Shown here: in pieces, positions 1 through 15,733 of the stretch
How the letters are laid out: the number at the start of each line of letters is the position of its first letter
Numbering within the stretch: position 1 is the first letter of the stretch
NCBI RefSeq assembly: GCF_009914755.1
Contig: NC_060928.1
DNA: 64,000 bases
Strand: one strand, 5' to 3'
Source of the DNA: the human T2T-CHM13v2.0 reference genome, Homo sapiens
The notes under the pieces: model-generated
The model's database searches: none
Seen by the model: the letters and a program-made list of their open reading frames with translations, nothing else
Told to the model about the DNA's origin: nothing
Made by a program: the position numbers and the translations under genes

Positions 1-1535
1 TTAAAGCCATTCAAGACATAAGTTTCCCTCTCTTATAATCTACCAAAATGAATATGTCTTAGGATTTAAAGCAAATATATCTTACTTTCATTAGTCAGAG
101 ATGACACAAAGACATGCCATCTACTTACTTCTGTGTAGACTAATGAGTTTTATTTATTAAATAAGTAATCAATACTGCATATTAAATTCTGTTCAGCCTT
201 TCTGGTGAAAATCAAGTAGTGCTGTTCAAATTATTTGGTCCTCTTTCTCTCAAAAAGTCATTTTCTCTAATAGAAAAGACTTGTATGAACACATATTTCT
301 AGTGCTGACTATGAGATTATCATCATGAATAATATGGTATAGGATTTAGATACAGCCATAACTCAGAGATAATGTTTTTCTTCTATTTTGCAATTGATGA
401 ATTGTAGCCTGAATTTTTTAGGTTAATGGCCAGTACATTAGTACCATAAACATTTCAATGTTATCCCGTTCATATTTTTAATCTACAAAATTGCCTATTA
501 ATAATCATTTGTATCTTTCAGCAAAGTAATCAATGCTGGTTAATGTAATGTTAAAGTTGACATTAATCACTTTTTCGGAGACAGCATCTTTCTATCCCAG
601 CTTAGAATTATAATTGTAATGTAATTCTTATTTAGTCAGCATATTAATATCAGCTTCTGTATCTATGGCATATTTAATTTTACTTTTCTTCCAAATAAGC
701 TGAGAAAGCAATGTCTATAAATCCAATGCCTAAAAGCCACATCTGTTGAAATTACAAGTTGTTAAAGAAAAGCTTGGCTGGTCATGCAAATTAATCATGT
801 ATAGAGAAGGTAAAGCGCACTGCATATGCACCTGCCAATAATTGCATAGCACTTGCTCATGGTCCACTTGTTATTTATGCACGGTTTCCTGTGCAATTTC
901 AAATAACTTTCCAGCTCACACTACCTTTGTACATGAAAATTTATTGTAGGTGCAGCATTGTAGCCCATTGCAAAAGTTAGAAATAGAGAAAAAAAGAAAT
1001 AGTTAGAATGCTGGAGACAGATTTTCTTTTCCTGACACTGTCAGAATAGCCTATTTTGTGCTTTTCATTAACTTCCAAGAGAGATTTTTCTCATGAAGTA
1101 TAGAACTAATGATGCAGAGAAGCTTAAGTCTTTATTTAAAGGCCCATAGAGGCAATGAATCAAGATCTTTTAAATGACTGGTCTGATTTGTGTAATAAAA
1201 AGTAGTACATATTCCTGACATTCAGCAGAATCATTGTCTCAGAAGAAAACACTAAAAATATTTGTTACATGTAATTCAGTTAAAAAATAGCCAACACATA
1301 AGAGAAACACAATACACATATTTTCATAAATTTTTTTGATTTTAGGAGGACAGGTTTTCAAATGTTTAAAGAATTGATAGAATCGAAGTTAGAGTATACT
1401 TTTATAGATATAGAAGGCCTAATAGGGATTAATAAAAGAACGCTGCAGAGAGACAGATTGAGCCCAGTGTGAACAAGAATTCTTTACTTCTATTGCTGTA
1501 AGCCAGATTAGCTGCTGTCTTCCTTCATAAAAACA

Positions 1536-1877
<342 letters not shown>

Positions 1878-2039
1878 TTATAAATAATATGTACATGATT
1901 CCTGAGTTGGTGGAGGTAGATGGGATTATTGATCAGATCCAATTTGCTTTCCAGACTCTATGAGTTTTACATTGTCCATAAGGCAGAATCATTATATTCT
2001 CATCTCTAAAGTAAGATGCCATCAAAACATTTACTATAG

Positions 2040-2285
2040 TGTGAGGCATAGTAATGTGGAAAAGAAGAGCTCAACTTCTGGGGCCTCACTCTTGGATACC
2101 AATGTGAGCTCTACAACTTACTAACTCTGACATTGAACAGATAATTTAATATTTCTAAGTCTCTTAATTTCCCCAACAACAAACTGGATAGGATAGGACC
2201 TACTCATTAAATTTGTGAAAACCAGTGAAGTGTTATATGTGAAATATTTAGCACATACTAAATAGAAAACTAATGTTCATAATCA
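2040..2285 (+). mobile_element. MIR SINE relic
   Basis: Degenerate MIR core (ctctacaacttactaactctgacattgaacagataatttaatatttctaagtctc) and tail (tgtgaaatatttagcaca). Confidence 0.6.
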
Positions 2286-2362
2286 TTAACATTCAGTTTT
2301 GGAGAACATTAATTTGGCTCACTGCATCCTCCAAAAAAATCAGTTGTGAAGTCACAACTTAA

Positions 2363-2743
<381 letters not shown>

Positions 2744-2849
2744 GTTCTCTGTTTCTTTAATTGAAAAACATTTTCAAAGACTTATCTATATTCTCTCTTT
2801 CCATTTCCTGTTTTGTTTTTTTTTTTTTTTTTTTTTTTTTTGCTTCTAT

Positions 2850-3470
2850 TCCCACCACACTACTAAGGCTGCTTTTGTGAAATAAGAAATCACCTCACAC
2901 ATTGATGAATCCAATGGCCATGTCTTCATTCTTTTCCCACTTGATTTCCCAGGAGCATTTCCCAAAGTTGAATACTTAATCTTTCATGATATATTATTTT
3001 TGGGGGGTTTCTATTACATCGTGCTCTTCTGACTTGCTTATGGTTCTCACTTGTAAGTCTTTCCTGGCTCATTCTAATGCACCCTAAATTTTGAAGGGTC
3101 TTGGGGCAGGTTCACCCTTGGACTCTAACTGCGTTCTATAAGATATCTTGTGACATGGGCTTTACTATTTACATAATGCCTAGGTCTACATCCCAATTTT
3201 TGATTTCTCTCTGAGTTGAAAATTAGTATGTCGTTTTGTCATTACCATTTGGCTACCTATGAAGACATCCTAGACTAACGCAAACAATGAATTCTTGATG
3301 TTCACCATCAAGTCAGATTCCCTACTATTCCCTATCATAAATATTCAGTATCTACTCATTTTCTCACCCAAAATTATTAGTCCTATAATTTCTTCTCTTT
3401 TACCAGTATCTTGTATCTAAACCACTGTAAAGAATTGTTGGTCTTACTATGAAATTTTAATAATGCATTC
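2850..3470 (+). mobile_element. L2 LINE relic (boundaries approximate)
   Basis: Degenerate L2 ORF2/3' motifs (aatccaatggccatgtcttcattctt...agcattt). Confidence 0.5.
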
Positions 3471-3499
3471 ACTTTCTTAATTTTTTAGATATCTACATG

Positions 3500-4075
3500 A
3501 ATATAGATTATATTTTCTGAAGAGAGCCACAACAATATCTGTCATCTTACATGTTCTGCTTAAAATATGACTCTGACACCTCTTCCATTGAGCAGTAGTG
3601 CCTACTTTTTGTTTTGAAATTTTATATAATATAGTAGCTGTCTCTACCAATAGAGTGTGGCACACGTAACCTAAGTAACCTTCAAAACTGGTTCATAAAA
3701 ATGACATGCATTATGTTTTGTTCTTTTAAGATACTTGCTCTTGGAATCCAGTCGCCATGCTCTGAGGAAGTCCAAGCATCCACACAGACAGCCAGTGTTG
3801 TTGACTTCCAACCAGAAGTCCCAGCTAAGGTCCCAGTCAGCTGCAATCTACACAAATGCAGGAGCCTTTAGATGATTCCAGTTCTCAGTCAGTGAGTCAT
3901 CTCAAGCTTTGGAATCATGCTTAACTGAAGTCTCACTGTGGGTCAGAGAAAAGCGAAGACCACTATATGTTTTGAGAATTCTTGACCCACAGAGTAAGTG
4001 AGCATATTTATAATCATTTTTGTTTTCAGCCACTGAGCTTATGGTGGATTATTACATAGTAATGGAAAATGAAAC
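3500..4075 (+). mobile_element. MaLR solo LTR, MLT1G/H-like
   Basis: gccacaacaatatct...tgactctgacacctcttccattgag start; ttcagccactgagcttatggtgg...ttacatagtaat end resemble MLT1. Confidence 0.65.
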
Positions 4076-4583
4076 ACTAAAAGTGAACTCATTTATCACT
4101 TGAAATACTGTAATTTGTTTTCATTCTGTCACCCTTCCTTTATTTGACTACATACAGTCTGTTCTGGATGAAACAAAGGCAGTAACTTCTTAAGACCTCA
4201 GCATTATAACATGTCAACTATATGAAAATATGCAGAATTATAAAGTGAATAACCCTATGCACATCACCTGGAGTCTATAATTTATTTATACTTGCTTTAT
4301 CACTTATCTGCCCATAGATCCATCCATCAATCCACCTTTTTGTAAAAAAAAATGTATTTCAAAGGACATTGCATATATCAGTATTTTATTTTCTAAATAC
4401 TTCAGCATATCTATAATTATAGTTATATGTATACACACACATATCTATAGTAAAATGTACTTATAATGAAGTTCAAGAATCTAATATATACTATGCAGTG
4501 AGATTGTATACATACATCTATGTTGCTCAAAATCCTAATAAAATACATAATTTTGCTATCAACTCTGCCTCCCCTTCACGGTA

Positions 4584-4929
4584 CAGATGCTCCTCAACTT
4601 AAAATAAGATTACATCCTAAAAAACCCATCATACGTTGAAAATATTGTCAAGTCAAAATTGTACTAAATACATTTGATACATTTAACCTACCAAACATTA
4701 CAGCTTAGTCTAGTCTAGTCTACTTTAAATGTGCTCAGAACACTTACATTAGCCTGCAGTTAGGTAAAATCATCCAACACAAAGCCCATTTTATACTAAA
4801 GTGTTGATTTTCTCATGTAATTTATTGAATACTGCACTGAATGTGTATCACTTTTGTACCAAAGTAAAAAAATAAACAACAAAAAAAGCAAAAACATAAA
4901 TTCAACCGTCCTAGGTAGGAGACCATCTA
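4584..4929. mobile_element. Tigger-type DNA transposon MITE, MER47-like
   Basis: TA|CAGATGCTCCTCAACTTA terminus; internal cagcttagtctagtc...gtgctcagaacacttacattagcc; ends ggagaccatct followed by TA. Confidence 0.8.
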
Positions 4930-5530
4930 TATATGAACACATTCACTACATTCACTGTCTCAGAGGCATCAATGTTCTAGTTCATCCCACCACAAAATCC
5001 TTTTGTCTATTTTTGAATATAATTTAAATAAAAGTCTGTAGTGTGTACACTGGAAAGTAGACATCTCTCTGAATGTATTATTGTTATCAATTCCCCATGT
5101 TCTTATAGATGTTCATTTTTATTGTTGAGAACATTATATTATATAAATATAGCACAGTTTGTTATTTCCCAATTGATGGACATCCAACATTTCACCATTA
5201 AATATATTAGCGCTCATTTTTTATACATGTCCTTTGTTAGATTAAGAAGTGTTCTTCTGCTCACTAAGCACTTTTATCCTAAGTGACTAAAATTTTGTCA
5301 AATGTATTTTCTGTATTTGTTGAAATGACTCTTTGTCCTATAAAAATAACAACTTGTTTTAAGAATGTGAAATCCACCTTCTTCTACCTGGGATAAACCC
5401 CACTTGATCATGGTAAATTATCTTATAATATTTGGGTGGGTTTGATTTGATGATTTTTTTAATGTTCATAACTTTCTGTGATAAAAATTGGCCTACGATT
5501 TTGAGTGTGTATGATGATTCTCTCTCTCTC

Positions 5531-5835
5531 TTTTTTTTTTTTTTTTTTTTTTTGAGATGGAATCTGGCACTGTCGCCCAGGCTGGAGTGCAGTGGCGCGA
5601 TCTGGGCTCAATGCAAGCTCCGTCTCCCAGGTTCACACCATTCTCCTGCCTCAGCCTCCTGAGTAGCTGGGACTACAGGCGCCCGCCACCACGCCCGGCT
5701 AATTTTTTGTATTTTTAGTAGAGATGGGGTTTCACCATGTTAACCAGGATGGTCTCCATCTCTTGACCTCTTGATCCACCCGCCTTGACCTCCAAAAAGT
5801 GCTGGGATTACAGGCGTGAGCCACCGCGCCCGGCC
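5531..5835 (-). mobile_element. Alu SINE, AluY-like
   Basis: Poly(T), TGCAAGCTCCG, CCATTCTCCTGCC, ends CCGCGCCCGGCC. Confidence 0.95.
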
Positions 5836-7054
5836 CGATGTTTCTCTTTTTTGTAATATGTTGGCATTGAAAGAGGATGGATGTATTTTCTCTTCTGTTA
5901 TTTTTAAGACTTTATTTAAAATTAGGTTAATTCTTCCCAAAAATCTAGTAGCAAAAGCAACTAGGAATATAATTTTTTAAATAAAAGGAATATATTTTAT
6001 TTCTTGAATAGATACAGTACTATAAACACGTTCAGTCTTATGTCATATTTTATAAGAAACATCATTCAAGAAATTTCTCCATTTCATTTATAAATACAAA
6101 GTTGCTTATTTCAATATTAATATAATTTAATGTCAATATTTACAGAATCCATAGCTATAATAATCTCAACATTTATAGACTCTGAAATAATATAGTTCCC
6201 ATTCTTCTTTTATTCCCAATATTGGTCCTTTATGTCTTCTTTTCCAATCAGATAGTTAGCTTAATATGTTTTAATCTTTTCAAAGTGTAGTCTAAAATAT
6301 CATTTTTATGTTCTGTAAATTGTATTTATTTTTTAGTATAACTTTTTCAGCCTTGTCCTTATTATTTATTTATGCCTTATTTGAATTAATTTCTATTTTC
6401 TAGACTATAAAGTAGGAGTTTATTTATTTTTAAATTTATTTTTCCCAATATTAGAATTTAAAGCTTTAATTTTTTATTTAAACACAATTTTATACCTAAT
6501 TTTTGACATGTTGAATTTTTATTACAATTCATTTGAATTTTTATACAATTCAATTCAAATTATTACAATTTATTTCATCCATATTCTAATTTTGTTTGTG
6601 ATTTAGCCTTTGACCTAGTAACTATTTAGAAGCATGTAGTTAAGTTCCCAAACATTTGGGTGGTTTCTGCACTTCCTCATTTTATTTTCTTCTACCTTCA
6701 TTGCATTGTGGTAAAAAAAATCACTCTGTAACATTTTGTATGCATTAACTTATCAAAATTTGTTGACCAAGCATATGATTTAAATCAGTAAAATTATCAC
6801 ATATTCTAAAAAAAAAAGTGTATCTTATAGTGAATAATAATGCTCTGTAAACCATTAATATGATTTAGTCATGGCAGTTGACAGTTGGTTCATATCTCTT
6901 AGGACCTACTAATTTTTGAATCTACTTTTCTAATCAATTGTTCTTAATAGTTTACCATATTTTCTAATTATAAGTTGTAGTTATTCCATGAATATTAAGC
7001 ATTATGCATTTGTGTATGGTATTTGTTCCTGATTGATTATAAATTTATTATCAA

Positions 7055-9404
7055 AAGTTGGGCATCCACATCAGCACTTCATTGTGAAAGGGAAGTGGTA
7101 TATATGAGGTGGGCACAAGTAGACCCTGAAGGCACAAATAAGTAATATGAAGAAGTGGTTCAAATGCCCGTGGTCTCTACTTTTGCCACACTGCCTTTTC
7201 TCTCCCAGCCTGAAACTATGGCTTCTTGGGGAGCTCTTCTATGATCAATACCTGATAGAGCAAAGAACACTTGGACCTGGTATACAAATGGTTCTACATC
7301 AAATCCTGGCACCACCCAGAAATGGACAATTGTGGCAATACACCCCTTTCTGGGAGAGCATTGAAGGACAATGGTGGAGGAAAATTCCCTTAGTGGGCAG
7401 AATTTTGAACAGTGCACCTGGTTGTTCATTTTGCTTCAAAAGAGAAATGTCCAAACTTGCAATTATGTACTGATTCATGGGATTAAAAAAAATGTTGGAT
7501 GGATAACAGGACTTGGAAGGAACACAGGTGAAAAAAAATGGTGATGAGAAAATCTGGGAAGAGGTATGTGGATAGACTTCTTTAAATGGAAAAAAAAAAA
7601 AAAAGAAGATATCTGTGTCTCATATGAATGCTCAAAAAAGATGACCTCAGCAGAGTGGGTTTCTAATAAAGTGGATAGACTGACTTGTTCTATGGATACC
7701 AGTCAACCTCTTTCCCAGCCACCCTTGTCACCATCCAATGGGCTTATGAACAAAGTGGCCATAGTGGCAGGGGTAGAAGTTATGTATGGGATTAGTACCG
7801 AGGATTTCTGCTCAACAAGACCAACCTGGCTATGGTCACTGCTCAGTGGCCTATCTGCCAGCAGCAGAGAACAATGTTGAGTCCCTAATATTGCACCATT
7901 CCCTGAGGTAATCTGCCAGTGACATGGTTGCAGGTTGATTATATTGGACTCCTTCCACACTGAAAGAGATGGTGTCTGGTACTTACCATAATAGATACTC
8001 TGGATAGGAATTTACCTCTCCTGCACACAATGCTTCTGCCAAAACTATAATTCATACGTGCATTTAAAATATGCCTATGAACTGTCATGGTATTCCACAC
8101 AGCATTGCTTCGGATTAAGGAAATCAGTTTACAGCAAAAACGGTAGCAATGGGCCTAGGCTCATGAAATTCATGGTCTTACCAACTTTCCTACCATCATT
8201 CAGCAGATGGTTTGACAGTGTGGTGGAATCGCCTTTTGAAGACACTGTTATAGTTCCAGATACATATACCTTGTAGAGCTACAGCGAGGTTCTCTAGGGT
8301 GCTATATTTGCTGTCAATCAGTGCTCAGTATTTGGTGCTATTTCTCCCATAGCCAAGATTCACAGGGCCAGGAATCAAAGCATTCAAATGGGAGCAGCAC
8401 CACTCACCATTACCTCTAGTGATCCATTAGCAAAATTGTTGTTTCTGTTCCTATGATCTTGTACTCTGCTGGATTAGAGATTTTAGTTCCAAAGGAAGGA
8501 AGGCTTTCATCAGGAGATACAGCAATGATTTTTACTAAGTGGAAAATTATAACTGCCATTAGGCCACTTTGGTCTCCCTCACCTCTGAATCAACAGGTAA
8601 AGAAGGGAGTTAATATGCTGGTTGGGGTGACTGATGCTGACCACCAATGGGAAATTTGGACTGCTACCCCACAGTGAAGGTGAAAAAGGCTATGTCTGGA
8701 ATACAACACATTCTCCATGTTGTCTCTTAAGATTACTGGGACATGTGCTTAAACTAAAAGAAAAAAAAAAACCTACAACAATCCAATTCAGGCAGAACGG
8801 CTAATGGCCAAATCCTTCAGGAATGAAATCTTGAGTCACCTCACCAGATAAAAAATCGTGAGCAGCTGAGATGCTTCCTGAAGGTGAAGGGAATGCTGAA
8901 ATGGCTACTGGAAGAAAGTAGTTATGAGCACCAGCTATGACCATGTGACCAGTTACAGAAGAAAGGACTGTAATTACCATGAGCATTTCTTCCTTATTTT
9001 GTTATGAATGCTTGTGTTTAACATCTATTTGTTTTCTTCTCTCTCTTATCCTCTTATTATGTAGCATAAGAGGTATTGACTTGTATCATAGTATTAACTA
9101 TTGTTAATTTTCCTAGTATTTAAGTTATAGTATGACTATGGATATATATATATTCATAGTATTTAAGTTTTGGAATATCAAGGAGAAAAGTAAACATCAT
9201 CCAAGAACTTCATATTTTCTTCTGGGGATGGTTTAGTGCATTTTCACTTGTACACAGGAGAGTTTTATCAGATTAGGGAGAAGTGTGACCTTTTTATTGT
9301 CTTTATTTGGAGGTGATGTATGATTTAAGCTGTGTATTGTCTTTATTTGGAGATGATGTATGATTTAAAATGTGTATGGGTGCAAATTTAACAAGAAGTA
9401 GACT
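7055..9404 (+). mobile_element. Old ERVL internal fragment (RNase H, integrase, dUTPase and 3' region), 5'-truncated and degenerate
   Basis: Colinear with 33860-36215 of the HERV-L in this window (tggaagtggtatata; caggttgattatattggac; ttagttccaaaggaaggaa). Confidence 0.88.
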
Positions 9405-9857
9405 TGCAGTGGTCTATTTTATGCATAACTTCCTGGGCCATGGGATAACCAGACATTTGGCCAAATATTCTGGGTGTTTCTGTGAGAGATTAACATTTAA
9501 ATTATTGAAATTTGAGTAAAATAGATTGTCCTCTGTTAATGTGGGTGGGCCTCATCTGGTGAGTTGAAGGCCTGAGTAGACCAAAAACACTGGCCTCTTC
9601 TGAGCAAAAGAGAATTATCCAACAGACTACCTATGGTTCTTCCTGGTTGTATAGCAAACTGCCTTTCGATTCAAAATGGAAGACTGGCGCTCCTCATTCC
9701 CCTGCTGCTGGCCTTCAGAATGCAGCAGTATTGGCTTTCCTGGGCTGCTGGCTGCTTGGCCTTTTGTTGGAAGGGCAGGATTGGATCCCTTGAGGCTGCC
9801 AGCCCAAAATGTAGATTTGAGGCTTGCCATAACTTGAACAAATTTCCTAAACAAATG

Positions 9858-9910
<53 letters not shown>

Positions 9911-9953
9911 AACCCTATTAGTTTTGTTTCTCTGGAAAATCCTGACCAATACA
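9405..9953 (+). mobile_element. MLT2C/D-like LTR (3' LTR of the old ERVL)
   Basis: Follows a PPT-like acaagaagtagact; gagattaacattt, aatgtgggtgggcctcatc; ends cctgaccaataca. Confidence 0.85.
9859..9910. repeat. (CA)n microsatellite inside MLT2 LTR
   Basis: More than 20 CA units, directly visible. Confidence 0.97.
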
Positions 9954-9954
9954 C

Positions 9955-10936
9955 ACTTATTTCCATTGCTAATAGAAGCGTATTATATTTTCCAATTATG
10001 CATGTGACTCTGTAATTGATCTATGTATATTCATGTTTGCTACATATTTTTGATGAATTTATTATTAATGTCCCATTTATTATTAATGTCCCTTATTATA
10101 TCTTGTAATATTCTTTATCTACCTTATCTAACACTGATAAAGCCACTGTAGTCATATTATTTCTATTGATTATGCGTCACAACTTTTTCAACCACTATTT
10201 ACTTTCAGCCTATCTGAGACTTCTTGAGCAAATAAGACTCTGTAATAGCATGTAATTGTATTTATAATCCATTCAGACATTCACAACCCTCAAATTGGAA
10301 TATTTAGTCTAATAACATATTGTATCATTATCAATATAGTTATCAATATTGTATCAGTATCAATATCAATATTTGGTATATGTTTTATTCCTGTTGCAAC
10401 ATTCCTGCCTTCTTTAATAATAAAACAATTTTTCAATATAATTTAAATTCATCCACTGGCTTTTAAGATATTTCTGCTTGCATCATTTATCTTTTCCTAA
10501 ATTTTTAGATAATTGATATAGGGATGACAATACACATTTTCAACTCCATATGATTTATCAAGAGTTAATAATTTAACACTTTGCATAAAATGTAGAACTG
10601 TTGGAATAAAACAGCTTTTTAATTACATATTATATATTTTATTTATTATAATAACTTCCAACTTTTATGCTTGAGTTGTCATATGTATCATGCATATCTA
10701 CATTTTAAACCAGTTAAATAGTAAATTATTTTCAAATAAATAAAGAGAAAAAGTTTTTTAATATTAACCCACATATTTACTATTATTGATGCTCTTCTTT
10801 TCTTCCTGTCACAGTATCTCTCTGGTTTCATTTCCCCTTAACCTGAAAAGATTTCTCTTTTATGTGGTACAGTTCTAGAATGTTCTGAAAGTATACTAAT
10901 TTACCTTTATTCTTGATAGAATTTTTTTATAGATTA

Positions 10937-10975
<39 letters not shown>

Positions 10976-12110
10976 ATCTGTTCTTTTTGTTGGTTTCTAT
11001 GTCAAATTATTGTCCCCTCAATGTAAAGTGTCATTTTTTAATGTCTGTTTCTTTTTTTTTTTTTTTTTTACTTTTTCTCTTATCTTTTAATAACTGTGAT
11101 GTGTTTGGATGTGGTTTTCTTTCTATTCTTTCTATTTTTCATACACGGTATTCACTGAGCTCTTTAAGTTTCTAAATCTATACCTTTCATCAAATTTGGA
11201 AAATGTTCAACCATTATTTTTTAAAATATTTTCTGTTCTAACATTTCTTAATTCTAATTAGCTACATACTGGAATATGCACACTTTATGTGTTTGTTTGT
11301 ATGTGTATAAATATATACGTATGTATATGTGTCATAAGTCATGCTGTAGTACTTATTTCCAACCTTTTTTTCTCTATATTGTACTGATTAATTTCTAATG
11401 ATTTATCTTCAAGTCCACTGATTATTTTTTCATCTCCTTTCTGTTGTTAATTCCATCTAGCTGAATTTTTCATTTACCATTACATTTTTAGTTCTAGAAT
11501 TTCCCTTTTTTGGTTTCTGTGTCTCTGCTGATATTTTCAATCTTTTCATTCCTTCATAGTATGTTTTTCTTTACATTCTTGAGCATAGGTATAACGGCTG
11601 CTTTAAAAAACTTGTCAGATAATTCCATCATTTGGGGTTTCCTGAGGGTATGTCTCTGTTAATTTCCTCTTCATTATAAAAATGGGTGATATTTTCTCAT
11701 TTCATTATATTCTAAAAAATTATATTGTATTCTTCATCTTGTAAATTACATAGATACTCTCAATTCTGTTATATAGTAATGAAGGGTATTGATTTTGTTT
11801 TTTGTAAGCACTAAAGTTGGCTAAACACAAACTGCAAACTCTGACTACTGCCTGGTCATTAATATCTGAAACTTCACTTCGTATTATTAGCTTTAGCTGG
11901 ACTCCTTGGAATACTCTTCATAGGCAAGCACGTTTCAGACGTCAGCTATCAGTCAAAGATTTGGTCAGTGTTCACACTGAATTTCAAGTTCCTTACTCTT
12001 AATTCATCTTTTCCAATATACCTCCTTTTATTTTCCAGTGGCTTCAGTTACATGAGCTCTGTCCTGTAGTTCAAGTCTGTAGTATTGTGAGTTCTGTACT
12101 GGTTTCTATA
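9955..12110 (-). mobile_element. Old L1M ORF1/ORF2 relic with (TA)n at about 10942-10970; boundaries approximate
   Basis: Antisense motifs ttcatcaaatttggaaaatgttcaaccattatt, tcttcaagtccactgatt, ttttagttctagaatttcc. Confidence 0.6.
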
Positions 12111-12710
12111 TGACAGTGACCAATAAATGTTATATTACCAGTATCAATTATTTCTTACTGAATTAATATATATATTTTTATTTTTTTATTATTATACTTT
12201 AGGTTTTAGGGTACATGTGCACAATGTGCAGGTTAGTTACATATGTATACATGTGCCATGCTGTTGCACTGCACACACTAACTCGTCATCTAGCATTAGG
12301 TATATCTCCCAGTGCTATCCCTCCCCCCTCCCCCCACCCCACAACAGTCCCCAGAGTGTGATGTTCCCCTTCCTGTGTCCAAGTGTTCTCATTGTTCAAT
12401 TCCCACCTATGAGTGAGAACATGCGGTGTTTGGTTTTTTGTTCTTGCGATAGTTTACTGAGAATGATGATTTCCAATTTCATCCATGTCCCTACAAAGGA
12501 CATGAACTCATCATTTTTTATGGCTGCATAGTATTCCATGGTGTATATGTGCCACATTTTCTTAACCCAGTCTATCATTGTTGGACATTTGGGTTGGTTC
12601 CAAGTCTTTGCTATTGTGAATAGTGCCGCAATAAACATACATGTGCATGTGTCTTCATAGCAGCATGATTTATAGTCCTTTGGGTATATACCCAGTAATG
12701 GGATGGCTGG

Positions 12711-13600
12711 GAAGGCTTCAGACAATCAAACTACGAGCTACAGGAGGAAATTCAAGCCAACGGCAAAGAAGTTAAAAACTTTGAAAAAAATTTAGACAAA
12801 TGTGTAACTAGAATATCCAATACAGAGAAGTGCTTAAAGGAGCTGATGGAGCTGAAAGCCAAGGCTCGAGAACTACGTGAAGAATGCAGAAGCCTCAGGA
12901 GCCGATGCGATCAACTGGAAGAAAGGGTATCAGCGATGGAAGATGAAATGAATGAAATGAAGCTAGAAGGGAAGTTTAGAGAAAAAAGAATAAAAAGAAA
13001 CGAACAAAGCCTCCAAGAAATATGGGACTATGTGAAAAGACCAAATCTACACCTGATCTACTTTCAGGTGTACCTGAAAGTGACAGGGAGAATGGAACCA
13101 AGTTGGAAAACACTCTGCAGGATATTATACAGGAGAACTTCCCCAATCTAGCAAGGCAGGCCAACATTCAGATTCAGGAAATACAGAGAACGCCACAAAG
13201 ATACTCCTCGAGAAGAGCAACTCCAAGACACATAATTGCCAGATTCACCAAAGTTGAAATGAAGGAAAAAATGTTAAGGGCAGCCAGAGAGAAAGGTTGG
13301 GTTACCCACAAAGGGAAGCCCATCAGACTAACAGCGGATCTCTCGGCAGAAACTCTACAAGCCAGAAGAGAGTGGGGGCCAATATTCAACATTCTTAAAG
13401 AAAAGAATTTTCAACCCAGAATTTCATATCCAGCCAAACTAATCTTCATAAGTGAAGGAGAAATAAAACACTTTACAGACAAGCAAACGCTGAGTGATTT
13501 TGTCACCACCAGGCCTGCCCTAAAAAAGCTCCTGAAGGAAGCACTAAACATGGAAAGGAACAACCGGTACCAGCCGCTGCAAAATCATGCCAAAATGTAA
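12711..13600 (+). pseudogene. L1 ORF1p remnant (N-terminally truncated, frameshifted near 13058)
   Basis: ORFs 12846.. and 13022..13600 give the coiled-coil, RRM and CTD (YPAKL, ...YQPLQNHAKM). Confidence 0.93.
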
Positions 13601-13663
13601 AGACCATCGAGACTAGGAAGAAACTGCATCAACTAACGAGCAAAATAACCAGCTAACATCATA

Positions 13664-14998
<1,335 letters not shown>

Positions 14999-15733
14999 TA
15001 AACATCTTATCTTAGACCAATATTTTTTTTCTTCCTGCAGTGGGTTGTATTTCATACTCAGGAAGCAAATGTAAATACCCTTTGTCAACTGATTATTCAC
15101 TAAGAAAATTTGCAACCCATTCTCAATAGGAAAAATAAAGGCGAAGTTAATCCTTTTGACAAATAAAATTTCACTACACTTCTTCTATATTAAGCCTCTA
15201 TTAACTTTACCTTTTCATTTGCCTTTTATAAAATTCTACTGGCATAACTCTTATTATACACAAGACAAATACCTACCTATTAGTAAAGCTTTCCCTTTAT
15301 TGTCTTTTCATGAGCACTCTTGCTAACTGCTCTTCAAAATATTTTATAGACATAATATTTTGAAATTTTTACAGCTAACCAGTTACATGCTAATAGTATA
15401 AATGATAATAAAAGCTTACATTAATCCCTTCATGCAGCAAAATATATGGTTGGAAATCAAGGCTATTTTTGGGTGGATTAATTCATTAGATAGGTCAGCT
15501 GATATGTATTAACCTGTGAAACAGCATGGTAACTTCTGGAATCAAATGTTTAAGTGAATTTTAAATTAATGAAAATGAATACCAAGGAAAATGTATGTAG
15601 AATATCAACATAAATTAAACTAAAGGGAATACAACATATTTCATGAGAATATACAATTATGAAATATAGAATTTTGCATTACGTGTTAGGCAGCAATGAC
15701 TTTGCAATTTTTTTCAAGTGTTCAGTTCCTGTC

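Larger units (their letters stand above)
4240..7050 (-). mobile_element. Old L1M fragments (interrupted by MER47 and Alu); boundaries approximate
   Basis: T-rich antisense L1 ORF2 motifs such as gggataaaccccacttgatcatggt and taactatttagaagcatgtagttaag. Confidence 0.55.
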
